DNA of 20,000 nucleotides, taken from positions 1,000,723 through 1,020,722 of the forward strand of contig WELB01000012.1 of NCBI GenBank assembly GCA_009602725.1, written 5' to 3'. Numbering within the stretch: the stretch's first letter is position 1; every line of letters starts with the position of its first letter. A program made the translations under genes and the position numbers. Below, one piece after another: positions 1-10,457 of this stretch. The notes under the pieces were generated by a model. It was not told where the DNA came from and ran no database searches. It was given only the letters and a program-made list of their open reading frames with translations. Origin of the DNA: Spirogloea muscicola. Its lineage: Eukaryota.

Positions 1-2386
1 GGTTTAAGTACAGCTTTCTTTCCAGCTTTGCTTGAATACGGGAGTCGAAAGCTCCTGTTGCGCGAATATACTGCAGAGGCTCACTTTCAGACTAGATAAC
101 GTCCATGCCTTCACATGATTCATTCGAAGTGCTGGCATCACATGTAAGTCTGCTCACTTTTTGCTATTGCTTCCCCACTTCAACGAGGCCAGGAGGAGTT
201 CACCAGCCAAGTCCACAAATAGCGAGGTGGGCTGACAAGCTGCTTTTGTCTCCTCGGTCCACACAAAGAGCCTCTCACAACGAGGGTCGAGTGTGCGATT
301 GTGGTGTATCCTTTGCACAATCTGTTGTAGCATATGGATGTTATGTGAGTAATCATATCATCAATCTCTCTCCCCTCTGTCATAAGGAATGTGCTGCTGT
401 GATCATTTACTGCACTCTGCAGTTATGTCCCTCAAGGGCCAGAGCTATCGCTTTGACCTGCTTCACGATGTGACCAACATGATAATTGCTCTTGAACGAC
501 GCACCAGGTACGTGGATGATGACATGTCGAGAGAACTTTTCTGCACATACCCCAAAGGTCAGGCTGGCATGACATTTTTGTTGTAAAGGGAGTAGCGACA
601 ATCCCACAGGTTGCGTGCACAGTATGAGGACTACTTGCTTGGAGAAGCATTGCAGCGACACTGAGGCATTGAGCAGTTACATGACTACGAAGTGGGACAT
701 GTGCTTCTAAGATACCACTTCAAAGATCTTCAGAGAGGGCATGTTTGATAGATCACCTTGGGTGGAGGAGTCAAGCTCAACTGCAGCATTGTCCATTGCA
801 CACTCCAGTCCATGAGCTTCTTTGAGGTATTCTTTTGTTAAATCCAGCAGGTCATCCACCATACTGGACTCATCAGCATCCGGGTTGCATGCACGAGAGA
901 ATTCCAAGTCATAGTAGAGATGACATGGGAACCCCTGTAGCAGCATGTTGATACTTCAGCTACATTTAAGATGCTGCTTGTGTGATGGCTAGCTTCACCT
1001 CTAATTTGGAGCCATGCTCTTGACACGTCTTGCGTTATTTTCAAGCTGGATATTGCTTACAAGGTAACATCCTCAGTATCAGGTAGTACATTGAAGCAAA
1101 CCAGTAAAGCTTCTACTTTCATAAGAATACATCGTCATTGTCATCATATACCTCTCGAATGATCTCATAGTGGTGGCGGTATGCAGGATCCATCAAAAAG
1201 TACCTGTGATTACAATCAAGCACTGCCGTTGTTGTTATATACTGACTCCATCAGGCAGCTCCCTCAGCACAATGACTGCCAAGGTCCCTGTCAAGGAATG
1301 TCTAAGATGGACTGTCCTGATTGATCCGATTAACAAAGTGTGTGCCATGTAGCAGCTGCAGGAGGACTGCTGCAGTACCTCCTTGAGAACTCCTGGTAGG
1401 TGGTGACGAGAAACCTGCGTTGTCCTGTCGCATGACCCTGGTATGTAAAGATTGCTAAAGGGGAGCTCTCACTGTTGTTGGCATAGTTGTCGGAGAAAGT
1501 GATTGCCATCTCCTGGCGAGGAAAGGTTGTCCAGACCACTTCACTGTGCCACCCCGTCATTGACATCCAGGGCATAGTCACGTAAGTGAAACAGCAGGGC
1601 GTGCATGCAAAGGAGGTGCACAGTCAAGGAGGACTTTGCCACATCAAGCAGTGAAAGCACTCTACCTTGGTGTTATCCTCTGCATAGTGAGCACGTTCAA
1701 TCTAATCTCTCGAAGAAGCCGTGCAAAGCTTGCGCCGCAGCTGGTGGCAGAGATCCTCCGTCCAGCTCCATAGAAAGCTTGCGGTGCCATTATGGCCGTG
1801 TTTGCCTCGGCTACGCTTGAGAAGCTTTCAGCTATCTGAGCTTGAGTGCAAGGTCCTATCTGCTCGAGCTCTTGACGGGCACGTTTGCACTCTCTGCTGG
1901 CGTCGTCGTCGCGCCTTGAGAAATCTGCTTCAGGAGCGTCAGGTCCCAGGTCTGCTAGATTTGGCTGATCACAAGAACCATAAGCCTTGGGGATCTTGAC
2001 CTGAGATAGGGGTGCTTTTGCGCGTTTTCTCCTCCTCGTCAGCTCAGCCGACGCCTGATCCTGTCTGGTGTTCCCTAAGGAGGCGCAGATCAACGTCGAC
2101 AGGAGCTAACTTGATCAGTCTGCAGGACCAGGCCCCCTCAGAAGCGACGCTCACAGGTACGCAGTCAAGGGTAGGAGCTCAGCAACTGAGCTCGGCTGAG
2201 GGTCGTCTGCAAGGCTCCTGTTGGAAGTTCTGATGCACGCAGTCATCAACGGAATTTCCTCACAAGAGAGCGCTCACTGGCACCTGCTGGTCGGCCGTCC
2301 TTCCGGCCCCTGATGTAGCATTGCAGGAGCTGCGCCGCGCCCCCCCGGCCTGCGTGCGCCACCGACGGCTTTGGCTCTGCCTTCAT
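1..2386 (-). CDS. PRIMPOL: DNA-directed primase/polymerase PrimPol (AEP superfamily, plant type); spliced, 3' part runs off the window
   Basis: Exons joined in frame with GT-AG introns and consistent phases: 2386-2284, 2074-1666, 1543-1379, 1203-1152, 934-757, 540-458, 321-204, 70-<1. The translation has ...FYG...ARLLREIR...VWTTFPRQE...GQRRFLVTTY...HHYEIIREGFPCHLYYDLEF (motif I DxE)...ELDSST.EKFSRH (motif II SxH)...LFVDLAVYSRNRSFRLPYSSKAGK (motif III). These match plant/animal PrimPol motifs from memory. The start could be ATG 2386 or the in-frame ATG 2431; exon 1 is the least certain. Confidence 0.93.
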
Positions 2387-2636
2387 CAGCACGCTGCTCC
2401 ACTTATCCGCCTTAGGCTTGGTCACCACCATCGGCCCGTGGAGCCACGCCGCACGGCAGGCGTTGTCAAGCACGCGCCACAAAGGTGACCGCGCTTCCGC
2501 GCCAGAGTACAATTGGTGAGCCGGCGACGGATCCGTCAGGTTGACTGGCACCGTCGGGAGGGCTCTGCACTGTGTCCCGGGCGAGACGTTCCCCACCGCC
2601 GCCGCCGCCACCGCCGGCGGCGGTGGCGGCGGCGGC

Positions 2637-3388
2637 NNNNNNNNNNNNNNNNNNNNNNNNNNNNNNNNNNNNNNNNNNNNNNNNNNNNNNNNNNNNNNNN
2701 NNNNNNNNNNNNNNNNNNNNNNNNNNNNNNNNNNNNNNNNNNNNNNNNNNNNNNNNNNNNNNNNNNNNNNNNNNNNNNNNNNNNNNNNNNNNNNNNNNNN
2801 NNNNNNNNNNNNNNNNNNNNNNNNNNNNNNNNNNNNNNNNNNNNNNNNNNNNNNNNNNNNNNNNNNNNNNNNNNNNNNNNNNNNNNNNNNNNNNNNNNNN
2901 NNNNNNNNNNNNNNNNNNNNNNNNNNNNNNNNNNNNNNNNNNNNNNNNNNNNNNNNNNNNNNNNNNNNNNNNNNNNNNNNNNNNNNNNNNNNNNNNNNNN
3001 NNNNNNNNNNNNNNNNNNNNNNNNNNNNNNNNNNNNNNNNNNNNNNNNNNNNNNNNNNNNNNNNNNNNNNNNNNNNNNNNNNNNNNNNNNNNNNNNNNNN
3101 NNNNNNNNNNNNNNNNNNNNNNNNNNNNNNNNNNNNNNNNNNNNNNNNNNNNNNNNNNNNNNNNNNNNNNNNNNNNNNNNNNNNNNNNNNNNNNNNNNNN
3201 NNNNNNNNNNNNNNNNNNNNNNNNNNNNNNNNNNNNNNNNNNNNNNNNNNNNNNNNNNNNNNNNNNNNNNNNNNNNNNNNNNNNNNNNNNNNNNNNNNNN
3301 NNNNNNNNNNNNNNNNNNNNNNNNNNNNNNNNNNNNNNNNNNNNNNNNNNNNNNNNNNNNNNNNNNNNNNNNNNNNNNNNNNNNNNNC
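2637..3388. other. Assembly gap (N-run) flanked by GCC/GGC-rich sequence
   Basis: Run of n characters seen directly. It lies between the divergent PrimPol and transporter genes and probably hides the first coding exon of the transporter. Confidence 0.99.
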
Positions 3389-3620
3389 CCCCCCCCCCGC
3401 CGCTGCCGCCACCGCCGCCGCGGCAATGCTGCTCTTGGCCAAGGCCCCTCGGCTACCAGCTGCACTGCCAGAGCGGCGCCGCTCATCGCCTTCAGTGCTC
3501 TCTGTCCCACAAATTGTGCGAATTTACATCAAGTTCATTCCGTGCACTAATGTCTTCCAATGGCGGCTCACTAGTGGCGCCTCACCTGCCCCGGCTGCCG
3601 CTGATCTGCTCTCGCGGCAG

Positions 3621-5749
3621 GTCCACCAAGAAGTTCGGGCCCGAGCAGCAGCGCTTTGAGCACCTCACGTTCCTCAACCTCGCCCAGAACGTCGTCTGCT
3701 TCACCTGGGCGTCGCTGAGTGAGCCGCCGGTCTTGACCAAGTCAATGCAGAATTTGGGTCTATGTGGTTCGGGAAGGGTTCAGGGCTTACTGTTAAGAGG
3801 GCTTACTGTTAAGGACCCGTGCTTTGAGACCGCTGTGCACAATCGACACTGCGACCATTCACGAGCTGCCAACCTGCATTGCCGGCTTACCACCAGTCCA
3901 TGCTAAGTTGACGTGATGACTGTCTCGACGCAGTGCTGCTCTTCTTTGTGCCCATGGACCAATCGCAGCCACCCATCTGGGTCTACGCCACTGCCAGCAT
4001 AAGCAACACTATCGGACCAGCGCTCGGGATTGAGGCGCTCAAGTACATCAGCTACCCGGCACAAGTAAGCTGATTGGACCTCCTGCAACTTCCTGCATTG
4101 TTGTAGTGAGCACAATTTAAGCTCGGCCTGCTCGGCTTGGTCAATGACCTTCTCAGCCGTGGCATCTGACAAGACAACTTGTGATAAGCCAGTGCAAGGT
4201 CTACCAATTGGACAGAGGCTCCTGCACTCGTCTCCAAATTTGCCTAGCTCGCATAATGTATCAGACAGTTGTCTGTAGAAGAAGTCTGCTGGTTGTAGTC
4301 AACCTGATTTCTATCATCGTTTAGTTATTGCACAATGAATAACAGTCCTTCTCTACTAGTCTCGGCAGTGCAAGGTCTACCAAATTGGACAGAGGCTCCT
4401 GCATTCGTCTTCAATTTGCATAGCTTGCATGATATGTCAGACAGTGACAAAAACTGCCGTTTGTAGTGAGCCTGATCTCTATCATCGTTTAGTTATTGCA
4501 CAACGAACAACAATCCTTCTCTACTAGTCTCGGCAAGGCCAGCTTTAATATCATATCACGAGTTTTAGCAGTCTCACCAGCGTCGCCGTTGGGTTGTTGG
4601 TCATCAGATTGGTCGATTGTCTTGGTACAGATGCCAGGAGTCTTGGACTCTGGCTGCTCCACTGACTGGTGGCTTTTTCCATTGGCATGCCAGGTGCTTG
4701 CTAAGTCGTCCAAGATGATCCCTGTTATGTTGATGGGCGCGATGCTTTACCGGGTGCACTACACTGTGCCCGAGTATGTCTGCACCATCCTCGTGGCTGG
4801 GGGCGTCTCACTCTTTGCACTGTTCAAGGTCAATGCACAAACTGCAATTAATGACATCTGGCTGCTGCAGTCTGCAGCTCAATAGTCTGTGTTACTAGTC
4901 TCCTGGCTGTCCTTTTTCTGGAAGTCAGCTCTCCTCGTGGGCTTTGCAAACTTGCCAATCGCAATGTTTGCGTCTGAGTAAGTTTGCAATGCCTGACATC
5001 TGATCAACTTGGCACAACCAGAGCTCTGCCAAAGCTGCCAAGAAGCTAGCCCACCCCAACGCACCTCTTGGTTATTTGATGTGCTTCCTCAACCTGGGCT
5101 TGGACGGATTCACCAATGCGACACAAGATTCTATCACAGAGAGGTGCCTATTGTGGCCACGGACGTGCTTAATTAGGGGTCACGCATGCTATTCTGCATC
5201 TAATGTACTTCAGCTCCAAAGAATTGCATGAGGTATTTTCTTCCAAGCTTTGGGGCGTGTACTGCTGACAGGCAATGCATCTCTTAGTGAAGTACTAGCT
5301 GACGAAATGGTCATCTTACATACAGGCACCCCAAAACAAGCGTGTACTCCCTTATGATGGGCATGAATCTCTGGAGTACAATTTACATGTTTTTCTTCAT
5401 GTTCATGACTCCATGGGGCGGCGGCTTCGAGGCATGGGACTTCTGCTTCGCCCACAGGGAGGCAGCTTTTGACATCGTTCTCTTCTGCCTTTGTGGCGCA
5501 GTTGGCCAAAACTTCATATTTCTGACAATCAACACCTTTGGCGCCTTAACTAACACAACTATCACCACCACTCGCAAGTTCATGAGCATCCTTATATCGG
5601 CTGTGTGGACCGGAAGCCCATTGGCGGTCGGTCAATGGGGAGGAGTCTTCATGGTCTTCGCTGGCCTCAGTATGCAAATATTCTTGAAATGGCAGAGGTC
5701 CAGGGCCAGAGCCAAGAGAACACTGTCCTCACCCGCTAGGAATCATTGA
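3621..5749 (+). CDS. UTR3: UDP-galactose/UDP-glucose transporter, UAA family (AtUTr1/UTr3, SLC35B1-like); 5' exon missing
   Basis: Exons 3621-3718, 3934-4064, 4694-4828, 5022-5143, 5326-5749 (TGA), all GT-AG and phase-consistent. Translation: STKKFGPEQQRFEHLTFLNLAQNVVC...SNTIGPALGIEALKYISYPAQVLAKSSKMIPVMLMG...KLAHPNAPLGY...DGFTNATQD...GMNLW...CGAVGQNFIFLTINTFG..TNTTITTTRKF. The first visible exon starts at an acceptor in phase 2, so an upstream exon is required. Confidence 0.93.
3782..3813. repeat. Perfect 16-bp tandem duplication in an intron
   Basis: agggcttactgttaag occurs twice (3782-3797, 3798-3813). Confidence 0.9.
4191..4534. repeat. Diverged tandem duplication, two ~170-bp units, in a transporter intron
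   Basis: Unit 1 is 4191-4366 and unit 2 is 4367-4534. Both start agtgcaaggtctacca(a)attggacagaggctcctgca and end tctatcatcgtttagttattgcacaa...tccttctctactagtctcggc; the middle is more diverged. Confidence 0.92.
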
Positions 5750-6544
5750 CAATACATGCCATCCCTGTATGGCACGAGGTGCCCCATTGACTTCCCACGA
5801 GCTCGGGGCGCTGTTTTTGTCCTCTCATACTGGACAGTACATTCATAAGATTGTGCAGCAAGAAATCAAGCTATTCGAGCAGGCCAGATTTTATGCAGGT
5901 TGCCGGGAGGCAAGATTTGTTGTCGTACCAGCCTGTATGATTCTCAAGTGAACCTCTTTGAATGTAATCATGGAAGACCGTCACAAGGATGGCCATGTGA
6001 AGGTACATGTATCTAAGATCTACTTAAGCCCTGCTGGGTGCACTGGCTGCGGAAAGGTAGCCCAAGAGAAAGAAGGGTCGGTTAGGGGAGAAGATGGGAT
6101 GTTTTCATAATTGCACAGAGACGGGGTCATGAAGGAGGAGGGGGCAGGGCTTGTCAGAGGGCCACGCCTACGGCTCCATCTGAGCCTGCCTGAGATCCAC
6201 CGCTTGGGCTTGCAGAAATCACAAGACTACTGCTGCCAAAATCGTGTGCCAAGGTGGTTTGTGGAGTTATGGTGCACATGAGTTAGCTTGGGTGCTAAAA
6301 AAGGAAAGAGCATACAAAAGTCAGCGGTCGAAGGCAGGATTACGGGGCCTGCTCTGAAGGATAGTGCTGGGGAAGAGCGCACAGAGTGAGATATTGGAAA
6401 TAGGCCAGGTGTGTAATGGGAATCGCTCTGGAGAAGAGATCAGGCATATGAAAGCAGGTTGAGATGATCGATCTAGGGCTGCGAGGTCTGGACTGAGGGT
6501 CATGGGATGCGCGCAAGCGAGTGCCTCCATGATGAACCGCCGTG

Positions 6545-6794
6545 TCACATGAACCCTTGATGGCCATGCCCATAGGGGCCGCCCCCCGGGGGGCCCATGC
6601 CGTACTGGCCATGGCCATACGGCGGTCCCTGCGGCGGTCCGCCAAATTGGCTGCCTGGAGGCGGCCCGCCCATCATGCCGGGGTGCGGGCCGCCCATGTG
6701 CCCGCCGGGGCCCATGGGGCCTGGCGGCGGCCCTCTCATGCCGCCCATGCCGCCCATGGGCCCCCCGCCGTACATCCCACCACCCTGCGGGTGA

Positions 6795-6825
<31 letters not shown>

Positions 6826-6850
6826 GTCGTCGATGTCTTGTCCAATCCAT
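6545..6850 (-). CDS. Gly/Pro/Met/Tyr-rich low-complexity ORF; probable 3' end of a gene (RNA-binding or prion-like tail) or a small protein
   Basis: Coherent composition GGMYGGGPMGGMGGMRGPPPGPMGPGGHMGGPHPGMMGGPPPGSQFGGPPQGPPYGHGQYGMG...GFM* with GC-rich third codon positions. Upstream it runs into a ~10-unit (GGC)n tract; the ATG at 6850 may be fortuitous. Confidence 0.55.
6795..6823. repeat. (CCG)n trinucleotide microsatellite
   Basis: About 10 perfect units seen directly. Similar tracts occur at 2596-2636, 3397-3421, 6946-6965, 7173-7197 and 11675-11699. Confidence 0.95.
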
Positions 6851-9800
6851 TGCGCCAGTCGCATCCTCGGTGTCCAGCTCGCTCGCTTTCGCGAGCTGCG
6901 CCGCTGCGCCGCAGTAGCTTCATTGACGGCTTGTGGCAATGGCATCGGCGGCGGCGGCGGCGGCGCGGGCTTGCTCTGCAACAGCGAGCTGCTGCTGGCG
7001 GGGCATGGCGCCCTCGCAGGCGGCGACGGCGCGGACTACGCCAAGAGCGCCGGCGCCCAGCCTCCGCCGCCGCTCGCTGCCGATGCCGCCGCCGCTCACG
7101 ACGAGCAGCAGCCCGTAGCACGGATTGCCTTCGGGTCGTGCGCCAATCAGAGCGCGCCGCAGGTCCGCCAATGCCGCCGCCGCCGCCGCCACCGCCTTAG
7201 CACGATCGTCTTGAGGCCATGTCAAGTACTGATCCATAACTGTCATAACTGTCAGCTTTAACCACTTACACTTAGCGGGAGGGCTGAGACGTCTGCTGCT
7301 GACGTCTCAGCCAGCACTAGCGCCAAGGCCGGCAACGCTGCTGGCATCGAGCTGCAGCTACTGACGGCGGCAGGCTGCGCTGACCCCGCCGGGCCCTGGC
7401 GCAGCCGATCTGGGGCCCGATCGTGGCGTTCCGCCCGGACGTGTTCGTCTGGATGGGCGACAACATCTACGCCGACGACAAGTTCCCAATTCGCCTCGCT
7501 GGGGACGCGCGCACCGTGGGGCCTTGGAAGAACGTGCCGCGCTTCCGCCACATTGGGGAGGCGCTCATGGCCGCGCGGTACGCCGAGCTGCGCGCGCAGC
7601 CCGGCTATGCAGCGCTCCGCCGGCAGGCCAAGGTGAGCACTTGGGCCAGTGGCTAGCCCCTCGCTCAGTTTGTCGAAGGCCCCTGACATGCATCAGCAAC
7701 ACTTGCAGCCGCTGACGCAGTAGTCGTGCCAGGTGATCGGGACGTGGGATGACCACGACTACGGCCTTGACAATGCTGGCAAGGAGTTTGTACTCAAGCG
7801 CGAGAGCCAGCGCCTCATGCTCGACTTCTTCGACGAACCGCCCGACAGCCCTCGGCGCACCCAGGAGGGCGTCTACTCGGCGTACACGTACGGGCCTCCG
7901 GGCAAGCGCATCAAGGTGCGTGGGTTGACTGCCATGGCTGCCACCAGGCTTTCCCAACGACGATCTTCAGCAATGACAGTATTGGCAGGCAGCCACTCTG
8001 ATACTGTTGAAAGGCCGTTGTGAATGCTGCCACTGCAGATCATCCTGCTGGACCTGCGCTACTTCCGCGACCCCGTGGGAAGCGACGGCACGATGCTGGG
8101 CGAGGTGCAGTGGGCGTGGCTCGGCCGTCAGCTCACCGGCTCCGACGCCCAAATCCACCTCATCGGCTCGTCCATCCAGGCTCGTCGCTCTGCCGAGCTC
8201 AAGTGCTAAACCCCCGAATCACAAGCCATGACATGACTGGAACGCTTTCACACAGGATGCCAGAGATAATTTAAGTGTAACAAATTACGCTTCACTTCAC
8301 ACCTCTGATCCGTGCAACTGCTATATGTTCCTTGCCACTGCGGCATGTTGCACATCTGTACGCCGTCGAGCGGCGCTACTCGGGCTCGCCTGTACTGCCC
8401 CAGGCTCTTTCTGCCTGTCTGTTTGACCTTGCGAGGGAGTGCAATGTGCGCTTGAATGTCCGGTAGCACTTGGCAACTGGCTGGCTAGCTGGGACTCAGT
8501 GTGCTGCTTCGCTTCCTGCAGCTGACCACATGTGCACCTTTTAGAAGGTCCGTAAGCGATAATAGAGCACGTATTATGACCGCCAGGCAAGTGCACTGAT
8601 GCCACTTGGCGTGTGGTTGTGCAGGTCCTGTCTAACCTGTCAGCGCTGGTGCAGCCGCTGTTCGACACTGAGTCATGGGGCCGCTTTCCTTCTGATCGCA
8701 AGCGCCTCTTCCAATTGATTGCTGACACCAAGGTGCGGTGCCCATGTGGCGAGCAGTGGCTTGGCCTAAGTCACCAAAACATCCAATATTCCTTGCAAAT
8801 CCATTGTTGCAGCAAATACTTCTGCCATGCAGTGCAAGGGCTTATCAATGATATCTAGGAGTGCCTGATTGTGGCTTCTGCATACAATTTACTTCTGTTC
8901 ATGGCATACATGTAGTACCATACATTTCTGCATTGTGAGCAGGCGCCAGGTGTGCTCTTCATCAGTGGCGACGTCCATTTTGCCGAAAACTCGCGGTACG
9001 ACTGCTCAGGTGCCGGTTACCCGCTCTACGACTTCACGTCCTCGGGCCTGACGCAGGCCACGGAGCTCGCCTTCTCCTTCCCGCTCAATTATGTGCAGCG
9101 ATTTGCTGCGCGGGTCATGACTGCCCCGCTGCGGTTGTACGAGCAGCCCGGCCTCCATAGCTGCCGGTACAAGGCCTGCGTTTATGGTGAGCTTGCACTT
9201 ACTCAAACTCGGATACAGATTGAGTGCACTGTCATAGGTGGATTTCGCTCTGGTTATGAACTTTCTTTTGAGAAAGGAGTCGTCAAGTCTTACTCAAGCA
9301 ATCTGTGATGCAAACTAATGGGATATTAGTAATGTATGCCAGTGCAAAATGATCTCAATGTAGCAAAAGAAGTCAGCTGATAGCATCGACAAGCTTTCAG
9401 CTAGTCTTCGCCCATCTGCAGCATCTTGCATGGGGTCATAGGCTGAATGAGTGCAAGCAAGTGTACATGTGTTGTCCTCCAGGGCTTCCAAACTTTGGGA
9501 CATTCGTCATCGACTGGGACGCAGCGCCGGTAACCATTCGTGCAGAGACGCGGGACGTTTATGGCCAGCCCGTCCTCGGCCACACGCTCCAGCTTGACGA
9601 GCTCCAGCCAGGGTATCTCAACGCTCAACGGGCGCCGGTGGAGGATGGAAAGCTGCGCCGCATTCGTCGCTTCTGCACGCTCGAAGTCGAGCTGCCCTGG
9701 TTCGATCGCTACGCAATGGCCGCATTCTCCGGCGTCATTCTTTCAGGTCCGGTGGCAGAGCTCACGTGCCATCTCTCACCAAGGACATAGCACGCACTTG

Positions 9801-10117
9801 GCCAGTCTGCAGGACAATGCTGCGGTGATTATATCATAGTTGGAGAGCAAATTATTGACACGTTGGACTGTGCATTTGAGGCGGTTAACTTCGACATTAC
9901 ACTTATGCTTTGCTAGATTGGTCCTTGCAGAGGTCATGCATCCACTCATGCGGCTCTGTTCTATCACCCAGCTTCTAATGCTTCACTGTGTGCGGCCCTC
10001 CTCGCAGTTATGCTCATTGGGCCCCCTGCCTTCCTCCTGGCGCTTCTGCTGCTCCTTCGGCAGGCTATGCGCTTCCGGCCCCTCGTGCGCTCCAAGTCTG
10101 GTATCAAGTTGGCTTGA
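6833..10117 (+). CDS. phoD: PhoD-like alkaline phosphatase / calcineurin-like metallophosphoesterase (plant At5g42370-type) with a C-terminal transmembrane helix
   Basis: Exons (6833?)-7162, 7405-7632, 7733-7915, 8039-8179, 8625-8732, 8943-9186, 9483-9746, 10008-10117 (TGA), phase-consistent. Motifs: RIAFGSCANQSAPQPIW, VWMGDNIYAD, GTWDDHDYG, LDLRYFRD, ESWGRFP, FISGDVHF, DFTSSGL, NFG...DW, and the hydrophobic tail VMLIGPPAFLLALLLLLR...GIKLA*. The start codon is uncertain. Confidence 0.92.
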
Positions 10118-10408
10118 CAGCCATGCCCCTCACCATCTCCGGGCCACATACGCTAGTGGTTCGCTATGTCTTGAACACATCTGGCTCTTTCAGAAAGCCA
10201 ACCCAAATTTAATCATTCTCTTGTCCAGTTCTTGTCTCAGCTATATGATTGCACAGATAGCATGGGCCTTATAAGTCGCACTGATGAAGGCAATCTCGAA
10301 GCAAAGAAGAGTGTATGCGCGCGGGGCCCTCCTTATCAGGCCAAATGCATGTTGAGCACGTGGTCTGCTACAGCCTCGGCAGCAGAGCAGGCATGCTGAT
10401 CTTACAAC

Positions 10409-10457
10409 AAATACTAGCGTGCAACAGCATCCATAAATACTAGCGTGCAGCATCCAT
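10409..10457. repeat. Short tandem duplication (26/23 bp)
   Basis: aaatactagcgtgcaacagcatccat is followed by aaatactagcgtgcagcatccat (3-bp indel). Confidence 0.85.

Noticed and set aside
1..2386. PrimPol as part of a prokaryotic or mobile primase-polymerase system (pipolin, CRISPR-associated Prim-Pol)
   Set aside because: It has spliceosomal introns, plant-type motifs and housekeeping eukaryotic neighbours.
2598..2636. Perfect 19-bp-arm palindrome gccgccgccgccaccgccg-g-cggcggtggcggcggcggc
   Set aside because: Low complexity and ends exactly at the contig edge; most likely a fold-back or repeat assembly artefact.
2246..3906. Long ORFs of 324-444 aa in the ORF track
   Set aside because: They are open only because they cross the N-run (poly-X).
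4191..4534. CRISPR-like array or box C/D snoRNA pair
   Set aside because: Only two long units with no repeat-spacer periodicity; no canonical RTGATGA box C is conserved in both copies.
5963..5967. TGTAA chlorophyte-type polyadenylation signal after the transporter stop
   Set aside because: A 5-mer expected by chance; not consistently present after the other genes and the lineage is unconfirmed.
6321..7261. Many overlapping poly-Arg, poly-Ala and poly-Pro ORFs on both strands
   Set aside because: Shadow frames of GC-rich CCG-repeat DNA that is poor in stop codons; only the PhoD frame and the GP-rich frame look protein-like.
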